Source: Geosiphon pyriformis uo1 (Eukaryota; Fungi; Glomeromycota). From it: a stretch of 64,000 bases of DNA. Location of the stretch: contig JAAOMT010000697.1 in the NCBI GenBank assembly GCA_016748015.1, forward strand, positions 1,247,308 to 1,311,307, read 5' to 3'. This document shows, piece by piece, positions 1 through 13,621 of the stretch (the first letter of the stretch is position 1; each line of letters opens with the position of its first letter). A program made the translations under genes and the position numbers. The notes under the pieces were generated by a model that was not told the origin of the DNA, made no database searches, and worked only from the letters and a program-made list of their open reading frames with translations.

Positions 1-3000
1 CTTTGGAGGGAAGCTTGGGTTTCAATGATTCCCAAACCATATGAATGAGAGAGTGTACTTACCAACACCTATTCTATTGCTTTGATTAAAACAGCCCAAA
101 AGATTTTTTTCAAGATTCTTTCAGATAGAATTTCTTCCGCTTGTAGTGCTTTTGATGTTCTTTGTGGAGACAATTTTTCCATTTTGAAAGATACAATAAC
201 ACAGTCTCCCATTTTTGTCATTGGTTCAGTAGTTAAGGATGCATTGGAGAAGAGCAGAAAACTTTGGCTGGTTTTACAAGACATGCATAAAGCTTATGAC
301 TTGGTTGGTTGGGAACATCTCAAGGGGAGTCTGGTTAGGATCAAGATGTGTGACAAGTTTATAAAATTTTTTGGTGGCATTCACAAGGGTTGTATCAATA
401 GGGTGATGACTGATTTTGGCTTAATAGATAAATATTGCGTTTATGATGAGTTGAATCAAGGAAAAGTTTTCTCACCTCTCCTTTGGCGTATATTCTATGA
501 CCCACTTTTGTGTGAGATTAAAAGACAGAAGAGTGTATGTGGTTATTAATTGAATTCTCATTTTATTTCCAAAACTGGTCAAGAGGATCCTCGTGTTGGG
601 CTGACCTTGTTTCTTACTGCTGGTGCTTTTGTCAATGATATGATTTGGGTTGGTAGTAGCCAGACTGTTACACAGCACATCTTTGATATTGCTAGTGAAT
701 TCTTTAGGATCAATGACATTTCAGTTAATAATAACAAAACTGTGGTCATCCTAATCAATTGTCGAGTTGTGATCCCATGTTTTACTATTAGTGGCTCTCC
801 TATTTTTATCACCAAAAAGAAAGTATCTTATTGTTATCTGGGTATTTTTTTGTCAACTGATAATATGTCAAGGCCCAGCTTGGCTAAGGCTTATTCAGAT
901 GTTTGGGTTTTTGCTAATCTTGTTTTGAAGAAGACAATCTCAGACAAACAATTTGCATATTTGGTGTCTGCTGTCTTTTTTCCAATTATCTGTTACAGAA
1001 CTCAGTTCAGTTATGTCCCACTTAGTATATGTAATAAATGGGATGCTTTGATTTGCAAGGGCTTGAAGTCTAAGTCTAGCCTTCTACTCAATTTTCCCAG
1101 TAATGCTCTTCACCATCTTTCTTTGTATGGGCTGAAAACTTTTGAACAGATTCAGACTAAAAACAAGTCAGCATCAGTCATTTTCTTTGCAAATTCTGTT
1201 GGTACTTTGGGTTGTCTGTTCTCCCACAGGTCTCATAATCTTCAGGTTCTCAGCTGGTGCTCCCATCACCCTTTGCAGTTTCCGGCTCATATTTGAGTCA
1301 GTCTTTCAAATAATTTTTTGTCAGGTGTGATCCATATTTTTTCTGGGTGCAAGTTGTCTCTGGGTGGTTCTCTGGTTGGTGCTTTTTGCTTTGGTAATGG
1401 CACTTCTATGTCTCTGGTTCTCAGCAAACAATATTTTTTCAAGTGTGTCTCCTCACTTCATTGCTATGGTATTGCATTCATGGAGCAGTTGCAAGACCAG
1501 GTTGGTGCTATTTTTAGTTAGAAAACCTTTAAAAGGTAGAAACAGTTGGACCCACATGGCCCTGTCCCTCTCTAATTTGAGCTTTCTGTTTGTTTTCTTG
1601 ATAGTATGACAGCTTCTTTTTCTGGCCTTCCTCTGGTGGTTGGTCAGATTTCTTTTGATGTTCTACAATCTCATAAGTTTGATGTCATTGGTAATAGTTT
1701 GTTGTGTGCTGGTGCTGCTTGTTTTTCTGTATTTACGGATGGATTTTTGAGTGGCTTGGATACTTCTGATATGAGAGCTGGCACTGCTGCATACTTTGAA
1801 AATATAGACTTGGGTTTGGGTGTGGAGATGTCAGGCTTGGTTTCTTTTACAATGATGGAGTTGCAAGTGATAACTTTAGCTTTCAAGTGTGTTCTTTTCT
1901 TTCATTCAGTCAATCTGTTTTCTGACAGCCAGGCAGTCTTGGATGCTTGCAGGTCTGAGTCTTCTTTGTTTTATCCAGATTTCAGAAATAGATGTTGGAT
2001 TGAACACCATCACATAATGAATGTCATTCATCATAAAAATTTGGATGTAAACTGGATTAAAGTTAAAGGCCACTTGGGAGTTTTGGACAATGAATATGCT
2101 GATGCATTGGCTAAAGCTGCTGTGTTATCTGATAGGCATCTGCCACATATGGTCAATAAACGTTTTTTGGTGGCTGATGGTACTGCTGTTTCTGGTAACT
2201 CTAGACATTTTGTTTATAATGTTTTTTGGTCTGTTCATTATGCACGTTAGAAGATTAGCTATGGTTCTCAGGTTGTGACAAGTAGTCTTAGTGCTAATAT
2301 TGATTGGTCCAAGTTATTGTTGGTTTGGCATCCAGATTCTCATTTGGCTGTTGGTTTTACTAGTGTACAGACTGCTGGTCTACATTCTTATTTCATGAAA
2401 ACTTTACATCACCAGCTCCTGGTGGCTGTATGGAAGCATCTTTAGAATAAGTGTTATTCTAATGTTTTATGTCTGTTCTCTAGGGACATTGAGGTCTCAA
2501 ATCATGCCTTTTCTTGTTTGTTTGAAGCTTCTGTTCATGTTTGTTTGTTGGACATTTGTGCCTCTGCTTGGGAGATGTGTTCTGATTTGCTTTGTTCCTC
2601 CTTGTGCATTTTTCAGTTGTTGTATACTTGTGCTTTGAATGTAGACATTAGTGTTGCTCTGTATAAGAGCTTTGTTTTCAAAGATTGGTTTAATAAGTCT
2701 GTTGCCATCTTCAAAAATCCCAAGGCCATGAGTGTGTGTATAGTGAACTTTGTATGTAAGTTGTGTGCAATGTTTCGTGAGAAGGTTTAGCTGGTCTATG
2801 CCAAACACTGGGTGTTTATGGAAAAAAAGGGGTTGATCCCAAGTGACGGCTTCATTTTTTCTTTGGTTTCTGGTCTCTTTTCAAGGCTTTCTGCTGGTGT
2901 AGTCAAGTTGTTAGGTATTGCCAATGCTCGTGATATTGGTTTTGGGTTTCGTAAGTCTTGTCAGTTTTTTTTGGGTATTGGTGACATAGTCTCTGTTTAT

Positions 3001-3144
3001 ATAAGTGCCTAGTGTTGTTTTGATTGGCCTGAGTGGCTAGTCACATGTAAAAAATGCATGATTCGCACCTAATTTAGATCATTTGAATAATGTATCGTAC
3101 TAGGCCACATTTGGACTTCACTCATTAAATGTTTAAAAAAAAAA
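1..3144 (+). mobile_element. Non-LTR retrotransposon (LINE-like), 3' part: RT + RNase H + C-terminal CCHC, 3' UTR and poly(A); inactivated
   Basis: RT motifs LVLQDMHKAYD, ELNQGKVFSPLLW and AGAFVND (YADD-equivalent, D>N). RNase H motifs VFTDG...ELQ...LFSDSQ...KVKGHLGVLDNEYADALAK (1606-2250). Decayed Zn finger CLFSRDIEVSNHAFSC at ~2470-2520. The frame ends at TAG 3010-3012 and an A10 tail sits at 3135-3144. Many stops and frameshifts; the element runs off the window start. Confidence 0.95.
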
Positions 3145-3294
3145 TTAAATTAAATTATTAATTAAATAATAATTTAGATAATTTGCTAAAATAATAAGTA
3201 ATAAATCAAAATAATAATATATGTTAATTAATAATAAAAATTATAAAAATAATTTTATTTTAATTAATATCTTAAATTTTAATTAATAATAATA

Positions 3295-5907
3295 TATTTA
3301 CTATATATAATTAGCTATTTAACCAATTTAAACTACAATATACAGACATTATATTACTTATTATATTATTTATAGCAATAAAAAACAAATAATAAAATTA
3401 TTTTTTAAATAAATTACATAATTTTTTTTAATACTAAACAAAAAAATTATTTTACTTAAAATATAATTAAAAAGTTTTTTGATATTAACCAGAGCTAAAA
3501 TTTTTATTGACAAAATTCTGAATTTTTTTAACTTTATTTTAAGTTTTAAAATAAACAATCAAATTTGCTTTCTATAACCAAAAACTAAATTATATACAAA
3601 ATTTATTATTTTAAAAAAAGCCAGTTTAGTATATTTAAAAGCCATTCTGACTTTAGCCACTTATAATTTGAACACAAAATTTTTACATAAAACTATATAC
3701 AAATTCATATTAAAAACACTTAAATTAAGTTTTAAAAAATAATAAAAGAAAACAAATTAGTATTAAACAAAAAGTATCATAAAATTGAATATACAATTAA
3801 AAAATTATATTATATTATTTGGTTTTCTTAACAGACAAAACTATAATTAAAAATTTTTATTTTATTATAATATATACAAAAAACACTATGATAATGTTTA
3901 TTATAAAGTTTTTTTAATAATCATTAACAGTTTATAATATAAAGTCTTTATAATATAAATATATAAACTTGTTATGAATTTGTTAGTAAAACTAGTTGTT
4001 ATATATGAGTTAAGATGCCATATTAAGACTATTGCTTCTTAATTAATATTATTAACATATAAAAAACTTACTATATTAGGCACTAAAACTTATTTTTTAT
4101 AAGATTTTTCAAACAATATTATCTAAAACAGCTTTTTTACCAGTTATTATATAGCTTTCAAACACATTAGTAAAAAGTATTAAACCAGAATAAATTGTAA
4201 AATCTGTTAAAATATTGGCATATTTATTGTTTACAATTTTTAAATATTTTTTTATTTTTATTTATTTAACAAACAAATTTTTATTATAAATAATATTAAT
4301 TATACAATAACACTTTATTTAGTAAAAATTTTAAAGATCAAGTTTTAATAAATACAATTCAAAATAATAAGCATCAATAGTAACTTGGCTATCTAAAAAA
4401 ATTTTAACATAAGAAAAAAAATACACACTTAAAAAACAAAATAAAAACTAATAATTCAGTTAAAACTAAGAAGAATAGACTATTTACTTGTATATTTATA
4501 CCTAAATTTAAACTAAAAAAATATGTTATTGTATTAACAACAACAAAATATAACTAAAATTATTAACAAAATTATTTGTAAAGATTGATAAAATATTTGA
4601 ATTATTATTTTTTAAAATAGATTTGATATCAAAAAAAATCTAACATATTTAATATACTTAACTTAATAAAAACTTGAAAAGATAAATTAAAATTTATAAA
4701 ACTCTCTAAAAGTACAAATTTAAACATCAAAAAAAATTAAAGCTCTTAAAATTTTTCTAAAAAAAACACTTTTTTAAACTGTTCAAAAATTGTTTAGCTA
4801 ATATTATTTCAAAATACTTCAAAAATTTGACAATTTTAGAATACTTAATAATCTTTATAATATCTAAAACAGAAGAATTATAATATTACTTAAAAACAAT
4901 AACTTGTAAATCTATAATTTTATATTTAAAAACTATTTTAGAATGCTATTAATATTAGCAAAATTAACAATAAAAGCAATTTTATTTTTAATTTAAGCTT
5001 AGTTAAAAGACTTTAGATTGTAAAATAAGAGATAATACATTATATTACTTGAAAAAGTTTTTGGCAAACCAGTATTAAACTTTAAATTATGCTTAATAAT
5101 CAGATTTTATTTTGTATATAAATATTTATTAACAAAACTAAATTGTATTTTATAGCACAAAATAAGATACAAAACAGCAGAAACCAAATATGTAAATTGT
5201 TTGTTTAAAATAATTTTTTATTAAACAATTACTAAAAAAAATTTTATATTAAAACTGGTTTTTTTAAAGTTAGATATTAAAAGATTTTTTAATAATATAT
5301 AAATTTCTAAATATTTATAAGGCTTATTAAATTTAATAATTAATATAGTGAAATTATTTATAATCAAATTAACTTTTAAAGTTTACATATTAATAGATAT
5401 AGCAACAGTTTTATTTAAATTAATAGCTATATTATTAATATTAAAAAACTTATCAATAATATTCAAAATATTTTGCATAGCTAAATAACTGTGTTTAATT
5501 CAAATTGTATTATTAATAAAAACATATACTATTAAAAATAACATCAATTTTATATCAAATTCAATTTTATTGGTCTTAATTATATATTTAAAGTCAATTT
5601 TATAACTAAAAAAATATTATGTTCTCAGACTTTATATAAAAATAGATTATAAAAAATTCTTTATATAAAAATAAAACATTTTACTTTAATTTAGATTATT
5701 ATAAACTGTATACTTACTAATTAAGCCAAAATTTGTTATAATTTTGTTAATATAGCTATTATAAATATAATTAAAAAATTTAATAAACTTTAAACACATT
5801 TTAATTTTTAATAAGCATTTTTGCAAATATAATTAATCTACTAAATTAAAATATCTACCAAAACCAAAAAATTATTTTTTTTAAAATATTATACTTATTA
5901 TACATAC
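3295..5907 (-). mobile_element. Second, much more decayed LINE of the same family, tail-to-tail with the first
   Basis: Minus-strand translations match copy 1 collinearly: IKMCLKFIKFF...ITNFGL (~5720-5810), KQFTYLVSAVLY (~5165-5205), FLDSQVTIDAY...IKIKKYLKIVNNKYANIL (RNase H, ~4210-4410), LIWHLNSYITTSFT (~3985-4030, cf. LVWHPDSH). A decayed 3' UTR motif lies at ~3300-3330. Interrupted at 5908 by an LTR. Confidence 0.88.
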
Positions 5908-6796
5908 TGTTATAGGTGATTATTTAAGGTGTTGAAATAAATAACAAATCTGTAATTTGGTATTCAATAGTTATTGATAATGGTAATTTCTGAAAGTTTT
6001 GTAATTTAAAAGTTTTGGTTAAATTTTTTGTATAATAGACAAAGATTCAAACTGGTTGTTTCTTTTGTAAATTTTTTTTTTTAGTATAGTGATTGGTTTA
6101 ATTTAACAGTTATATTCTTTTAATAAATTATTTTTAAGTTTTCTATTTTTGTTTTATGGGTTTTTTATCAAGCTATTCTTTATATTAATTACTCAATACT
6201 TAATCTCTTAATCAATTAATAACAAAAAAATAAAAATAAAAAATTAATATTTTGTTAATAGTTATGATCAAAAGCTATTGGTTTAATATAGTTAAGTATT
6301 GGATTTTATTAACATAGATTGTTGATAATATAAATATAATTAATATTTTTTAATCAAGCAATGATAATATAAATTAGATAATAATAAAATAAACAAAATA
6401 TTAGCCAAAAAGAAAATTAGCAAAGTTATTTTTATAAAAAATAGATTAATTAATATTTTATTAATATGGATATAATTTTACTTTAAGTTATAAAAAACTA
6501 TCTTTTAAAGAAAAAAGTATTTGCTAACTATTAATTATTTGTTACTGTTTTGTTTTTTTTGTTTTTAATACTTTTACTATATATACATAATTTGTATTAT
6601 ATAAAATTCTATATATTTTTACTTTTTTTTACATTTCTTTTTGAAAATGTACTCATTCTTGAAAATATGTTGTAATTTTTTGAAAATATGCTATAATTTC
6701 CTAAAAATATACTTGTTAAATATTATTTTCTTATTGGTCTATTTTATAATCTGTTTTTTATTTTTTTTTTGTATTTTTTTTCTATAAATAATAATA
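5908..6796 (-). repeat. 3' LTR of Ty3/Gypsy element A (minus strand)
   Basis: Reverse complement is homologous along its length to 8996-9791. It ends ...CACCTATAACA at 5908 and is preceded on the minus strand by an A9 run (6797-6805) at the polypurine-tract position. Confidence 0.82.
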
Positions 6797-7609
6797 TTTT
6801 TTTTTAGTATTGAATTCTGTTGAAATTTTTATTTTGAATTAAGTTTATTAGTTTTTTTTTCTAATATTATTTGTTTAATTTTGGTTCTTATATCTTTGAA
6901 TTAAGAGTTGGTTATTTTTTTTCCACTGGTTAATAATTATTGTTTTTATGTCTAAAAATAATAGTATTTCTGAATAATCTTAAAATATAGTATGTAATTA
7001 ATAAATTGTTTTGATGTATAGTATAAAATTTGTTTTTTTTATAAAGTTTTTAATTTGTTGTACTATTTTTTGATTGAACATTTTTTTGGATTTGTTAATA
7101 TATAATTTCTAAATATTCAGCTTTTGTTTTAACTGATAATAGCAATATGTTATTAGAAGTTGTTTTATCTATAGCTTTCAATTTTATTTAATTAATTTTT
7201 CAATTGAAATAGTAATTAGTATTTTTTTAAAAGTGTTTTTTACTTTTTCTATAATTTTATTTGATAAATGCTTTGTTTAGTTTTGTGGTTGTTAATATAA
7301 AATAATTTTTTCTTTTTTTTTTTCTTTGTGTTTTATAACAAATTATTTGAAATTAATAATTATTTTTATGTCCAATTGTTGTTGATTTATAATTTGAAAT
7401 AATTGTTGTGTTATTGTATAGATGTAGTTTGGAATTTTTATTTTTTATTATTGTTTTTGTCATATATACTGAGTTTTTATATATTATTAATTTGATTTAC
7501 TTTTTTGCATTTTTTTTAATAATTATGATTAATTCTAAATCTTGTAAAATTTTATCTGATTTAATTAGTATTTTTTGTATTTTTAGTTGTAGAATATTAT
7601 TGGTAGATA

Positions 7610-8900
7610 ATAATACTATATTGTAATATGGTTTCAATCAATTATTATGTACTGCTTTAATTAAAATTTTGTTATTCTATCTTAATTTATAAGTTATATT
7701 TTCTAGAATTTTTTTGATGTAAAATGAATTATTTTATTTAGAATTAAACTTTTTATTCTATTGTTTTTTTGTTTTGATATAATGTAAAAATACTTTGTTT
7801 TCAATTTTAAATTTGACCAGTTTATTTGGTAATTGGTTGTTATGTTATTTTTTTTGTTTTTTATGATTTTTGTATATTATTAAATATTTTCATCTTTTGT
7901 TTTTTAGAGTTTTATTAAGTTATATGTTTTTTTCAACAATGTTTTTTAAATCTTGGCTTCTGTTATTGGTTTTATTAAATATGTATTGATATCTATCTCA
8001 ACTGATAATATTGCTGTTTTTTTATATACTAATTCAAATGATATTATTTATATAATATCTTATTTTATTATCTAATAAGCAAATAATACTAATAATATAA
8101 ACAAATCTTATTTGTTTTGGTTTTTTTGGCTGATTTTAGATATTGTTTTGTATAATGTTTTATTAAATCTTTTGACTAAATTATTTGTTTATAAATAATA
8201 TAAAAATAATAACAGTCTTTTAATTCCAAATTTTTGACTTAATTTTATTAATGTTTTGTTTACAAAATAAGTTTCTTAATCTAATAACAATTTTTTTAAA
8301 CATTTATGTCAATAAATCAAATCTTGATATATAAATTTAGCTACAAATTTTAAATCTGCTTTTTAAATGGTTTTAGCTTTTGGCTATTTTGTGAGATAGT
8401 AAATGACTACTGCTATATATTAATTACTTTTGCTAACTATTATTAATGGTTTTATTAAGTTAATTCTAATCTAATCAAATAGTTGTCTCACTTTAATTGG
8501 TTTTAATGATTTATTGGATTTTGTTTCTTTTTTTTTTTAATAAACATTACAATTTTAAACATATTGAATAATATTTAGATATATTAATAGCTAATAGTAA
8601 TTTTTTGGAGTTTTTTTATGTTTGCTTTTTTATAAAAATATTTTGCTATTGGATCTAAATACATATTAAATAGTATTGTTTTTTTTTTGGTTTTGTGATT
8701 ATTTTGAGTGGCTGGTTTAGATTTTTTCTGTTTTTTTAATATAATATATTTTGATAAGTAATAAAGTATTTTAATTGTTGTTTTATGTTGTTTTGTTTTT
8801 TTTAAAATAATTTTTTCTTGAACTATTGAGTATTAATATAATATTAAAATTGTTAATATTTTTATGTATTTATTTTTTGATATATTTTTGAAATGAAATG
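7610..8900 (-). pseudogene. Ty3/Gypsy integrase remnant (HHCC region, DDE core, GPY/F module)
   Basis: Minus strand reads KPIKVRQLFD*IRINLIKPL (cf. PFDRIGIDLVGPL), YLTK*PKAKTI, TNNLVKRFNKTL (cf. TNGLVERFNKTL), and FKIENKVFLH...KFNSK*NNSFYI...LKPYY (cf. KFDPKWDGPFYI). Confidence 0.88.
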
Positions 8901-8995
8901 TTTTATTTGTGACAAGTTATTAACATCTCTATTTTTTTTATAGTACACTGTATAATTGAATAGTAATAAATTTATTTTCTATTTTGCATGCTAAT

Positions 8996-9791
8996 TATTG
9001 TTAATTATAAAAAAAGATACAAGAAAAGATAGAAAAAACAGATTATAAAAAAATAAACCAATAAGAAAATTGTAATTAATGAATAAATACATTTTTAAAA
9101 ATAAGCACATTTCTAAAAGTAGCACAAAAAAAAGTAGAAATGTGTAAAATTTTATATAATACAAATTATGTATATATAGCAAAAGTATTAAAAGCAAAAA
9201 AAACAGAACAGTAATAATTAATTAATAGTCAACAAATATTTATTTTTTTAAAAGATAGTTTTTTATAATTTAAAATAAAATTATATTTATATCAATAAAT
9301 ATATCTATTACTATTCAATTTATATTATTATTGTTTAATTAAAAAATCTTAATTACTTTCATACTATTAAAAATTCATGTTAATAAAATTTAATACTTAA
9401 CTATACTAAACCAATAACTCTTGATCATGATTATTAACAAGATATTAATTTTTTATTTTTTTTTATTTGGTTTTATTATTTACTAATTAATTAAAAAATT
9501 AAGTACTAAATAATTGATATCAAAAATAATCTGGTAAAAAACTCATAAAACAAAAATAAAAAACTTAAAAATAGCTTACTAAAAGAACATGACTGCCAAA
9601 TTAAACAAATTATCATGCTAAAAACAGAAATTGAGAAAAAACCATTACTTGAATCTTTGTTCATTATACAAAAGACTTAACCAAAATTTTTAAATACCAA
9701 AACCTTTAAAAATTATCATTAAAAATAGCTATTAAACATCAAATTACAGATTTGTTATTTGTTTTAACACTCCAAATAATTATTTGTAATA
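8996..9791 (+). repeat. 5' LTR of Ty3/Gypsy element B (same family as A), inserted in opposite orientation into A
   Basis: Homologous to the reverse complement of 5908-6796. Termini TATTGTT...TGTAATA (decayed TG...CA). Immediately followed by a PBS-like sequence and gag. Confidence 0.82.
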
Positions 9792-9803
9792 TTTGGTGCT
9801 CTT
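9792..9803 (+). promoter_or_regulatory. tRNA primer-binding site of element B
   Basis: TTTGGTGCTCTT directly after the LTR end. TGG is complementary to the tRNA 3' CCA. A near-identical site occurs at 12372. Confidence 0.7.
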
Positions 9804-9849
9804 TATAAAGTATAATCTAACAGAAAACCAGTACTAACATCTATTATTC

Positions 9850-11500
9850 AGAATAATGACAAAATTAGAAATAATAAAGACAAATCACTTAAGATTTACA
9901 AAAACTTTATTTCAACATTATTAAACTTACTTTGAATTGACAAGTAATTATTGGCCAACAAAATTAGCTTTCAATTTTTATGTCAATAAAAAAATTATAT
10001 TCTACTTAAAAAACCAAAAAAATTCAGAAACCACTTTCAAAAATTTCTACAGTAAATTACTTTAAAATACTACACTTCTACAAAATTATCTGTTTACTAC
10101 ACTAATCATAGAAATAAATCAAAAAATTGAAAACACACTCAACTAAATTTCTTATTATCTTTGTAAACAAAAAAAAAAGTTATAAATCCTAGCAAAAACA
10201 CCAAAAAAAATACAACTGCTTATCTAAAAAAAACCAAAAGTTATTTTACTTATCTATTTATTATATTATTATAAACCTAAAAACATTATTCAGATAATAT
10301 CAACAGTTATATCTACATCAAAAATACCATTAGCATGAATATTATTTTAAAGTAATTAAAAAAAAACTAAATTATTAAAAACTTATAACAATTTATTCAA
10401 AAAATTTAAATTACAACTAACAACTTTATTAGAACTCTAAACATTGTCATTTTAATCAAATTTCGAATTTATCAGTAATTGGACAAAAACTGAATCAAAA
10501 GAAAAAGAAAACAACAATCAAAAAAACAATAATCAAAACTCAATTCCAAAAAATCCAGAAGTTCAAACTCAGCAAAACCCAAAAAATTCAAACTCTACTC
10601 CTATTTTCAACAACAATTTACCTTTAGTTATCTAAATTAATTCTTCTATTATACTAATAACCATTTTCATTAACCACCAATCAACTTATCTTTAGAACAA
10701 ATAGTATATGCACCAATTGTTAAACTTAAAAAATTTACCAATAAAGAAAATAACACCTAAGCATAATTAAATGATATAGTAAAAACTATTGCAGTCAATA
10801 AATGAGATAACACTAAAGCTATTTAAAAAATTCTCTACTTTTTACAAGATATTACTAACTTGTAATATTAGAGTCTAGTCAACAAACCACAAACTTTTAA
10901 TATATTCCAAGTCGTGTTTCTACAATATTTCAGTAATTACAACAGCATTAATTGGTTATTACTGGTTTTACTACAATTAAGCAAAGTAATAACAAAGCAA
11001 TTATCACTTATTTAGGACATTTCTACAAAAATTTATGCCAAATTCAAGCAGTTAATGCTGACTATTTTACAATATTACAGATCTTGAATCAATTTATTTA
11101 TAAATTATGTAGAAATTTGTTATAACAAATATGCTTATTACATTTTAACACACTTCAAAACACAGATACTTATACCAAAAATTTTAAGTTAGTTAAACTC
11201 AAAGCCAATTACACCCAAACTGCAAATCTAGTAATAAACTAATTATTTGAGTTAGATACCAAATTGAAACAATTTAGACAAACAATCAACCAGAAGATTA
11301 AGGAATATTTAACTTATAATTAAACAATTTATCAGTTTTTTTAATATCATAATAATCTAAAAAACTATAATTATGATTTTAGTTAGTTATATCTATTATT
11401 ATTAAATCAGTCATGGCAACAAAAAACATGTATCTGTTATTACTATAGTAAAAAAGAATACTTAAAAATAGATTGTAAAACAAAGTTAAATAAATAAATA
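9850..11500 (+). pseudogene. Ty3/Gypsy gag remnant (retrotransposon gag domain + CCHC knuckle), element B
   Basis: YAPIVKLKKFTNKENNT*A*LNDIVK (~10707), TYLGHFYKNLCQIQAVNADYFTILQILNQFI (~11005-11100), and decayed knuckle CYYYSKKEYLKIDC (~11435-11477). Confidence 0.85.
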
Positions 11501-11569
11501 ATTAGCATTAATTAGTATATATTATTATTATTTCAATTATAACTTATTAGTTAATCAAATTATCAAATA

Positions 11570-12385
11570 TTATTATTTAATTAATAATTCGATTTGTATC
11601 ATAAAAATTAAGATGATTAAATTACACAATATCTTGAACTATTTAATATTCAAAAATTCATCAAAATTAGTAAAAATTGGCTGAAATAATCAATAATTTG
11701 TAGAAATAACTTGTAGTTTGCCAAAATGTATTTTTAGTTTGCCAAAATTATAGCAAAGAGAAAAGTACAAGTTCAAAAACTAATACTACAGCAAGTTGTA
11801 TAAAAGAAAAACTTTTCTTTTCAAGAAAATATATTTTACTTTAAATATCTTAATTAAAACAAATCATTTTTTATACATATTTATAAAATCAAATAAAAAT
11901 TAAATATTCAAAAACCAAATCCTTAATTATTATACTTGAAATTCACAAAACTCAACTAACATTTTGAAATTAATTAGCTACCAATTTCAATAATCTGTTA
12001 GTAACTTTAAGCCTAAATAGAAAACGTTTTCCTTGACAACATTTTTTTTTTTTTATTATAATCATTAGGATAGCCTACAGATAAAATTCCTGTAAAAGAG
12101 TTGATTTTTACAGCAAAGTAACTACATATTTTTAATGAGCTTTCAGACAAGCAATTTCTAGAAAAAAGTTAACATTTACTAAAATATAATTACATAAAAT
12201 AACTAGTATGGAATTGGCCATTTCATTTATAAGTCCAGCAGTTCAAATTATAGGAGATAATTTGAAGATAAATTCAGTTATCAAAAGTTCAATTACTTCC
12301 AGAAAATGTGAATTCACAGTCAATAGGCATTAACAATATTTAAGAAAAAAAACCAAAAACTTTCAATAATATTTGGTGTTCTCTT
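11570..12385 (+). repeat. Probable 5' LTR + PBS of a third Gypsy element (C), different family
   Basis: Non-coding block ending ...CAATAATA at 12371, followed by TTTGGTGTTCTC (PBS-like, 12372-12383) and then a second gag. The left boundary is uncertain. Confidence 0.55.
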
Positions 12386-12399
12386 ACAGAAATAATACA

Positions 12400-13621
12400 A
12401 CAATAATAACTTCAAATGGTGATCACACCAGACACAATAACTCTAGAATATTATCAGTCAATTTACACTTATTGCAAGCAAAGATTTAACATCCAAGACG
12501 AAATTAAAATTTTCAAGAAAACATTATACTAATATATTAAAAATATCATCAAAAATTATCTTTTTGGAAACTACAACATTTCAGAAGTTAAAAGCCACTT
12601 CTATAAAAATCTATTATATTATTTTAATTTGAAAACTAAAGACCTTAGCAGTAAAATACTTGACATCTGTTTTCATGAACTTAACTATAATATTATTCAG
12701 TATTGTAAAAAAAAATATTTAGTACAGTTTAAATACTTTCTTGACTTTGAATCAAAACCAGAAAATAGCAACAGTAGAAAACAAAAAAAAACATTTTAAG
12801 TTAGTTATACAACTTACAATACACTAAAAACAACTGCCAAACACTTGCAAACACTCAAACAAAAAATCAATGCCAAATTACCACTTTCTATTACATTATT
12901 TTCAATTTTACTTGTTTAACCACAAACTTCCAACTTATCACTTATCTAGTTTTCAAGACTAGAAAATTTTCAGTCATCTAAAAGTCCTATTTAACAGCAA
13001 GAACCAATATCAACCAGCACCAATCTTCTTGATTACTTAAAAAAAAACCAAAATAATTACTTAGAGAACTTAGAAAGTAAAGAAACTGAATCAAAACAAG
13101 AAAAAACTATTAAAAACAAAAAAGAAATGGCAACTATATACATTGCAAAAATCACTGAATTTACAAGAAAAAATGCTAATACTGGCCCATAAAAATAGCT
13201 TGACAAAATCCAGAAAGCAGAAAATGTAAACAGATAAAATACAACAAAAATGGTAAAAGCAATCTCATACTTTTTTCAAAAAACAGCAGGAGAATAGTTT
13301 GAAAATCTAACTGAATCTTTTGAAGACTGTCAAGCATTTAAAGATGCTTTTTTGGAGCAATTTACTAACAACAATACCTTTATTACTCTTTAAAATTGCT
13401 TTTACAATATTAAACAAAAATCATCTGAAACTGTTATGACTTATTTTGGAAGATTTAATAAACTTCTCAAATGAATTCAACAATTAAAAGCCAATGATTA
13501 TTACTCCAATGCTCAGATTTTGGATCAGTTTATTGCAGGATTAAAAAATAACTTAATTAAGAAAGTTTGCTCTTATGCTTCAACAAACTTAGCTACAGCC
13601 ATACAATATGCAAAAAACTAT
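12400..13621 (+). pseudogene. Ty3/Gypsy gag remnant, element C (truncated at ~13621)
   Basis: MATIYIAKITEFTRK...AISYFFQKTAGE*FENL...FKDAFLEQFTNN...TYFGRFNKLL...AQILDQFIAGLK...AIQYAKNY (13127-13621). Paralogous to gag B. Confidence 0.85.

Noticed and set aside
5908-9791. Single large TIR/fold-back transposon
   Set aside because: The arms have LTR hallmarks (PPT position on one, PBS plus gag after the other) and the spacer is Gypsy integrase. Nested, oppositely oriented LTR elements explain it better.
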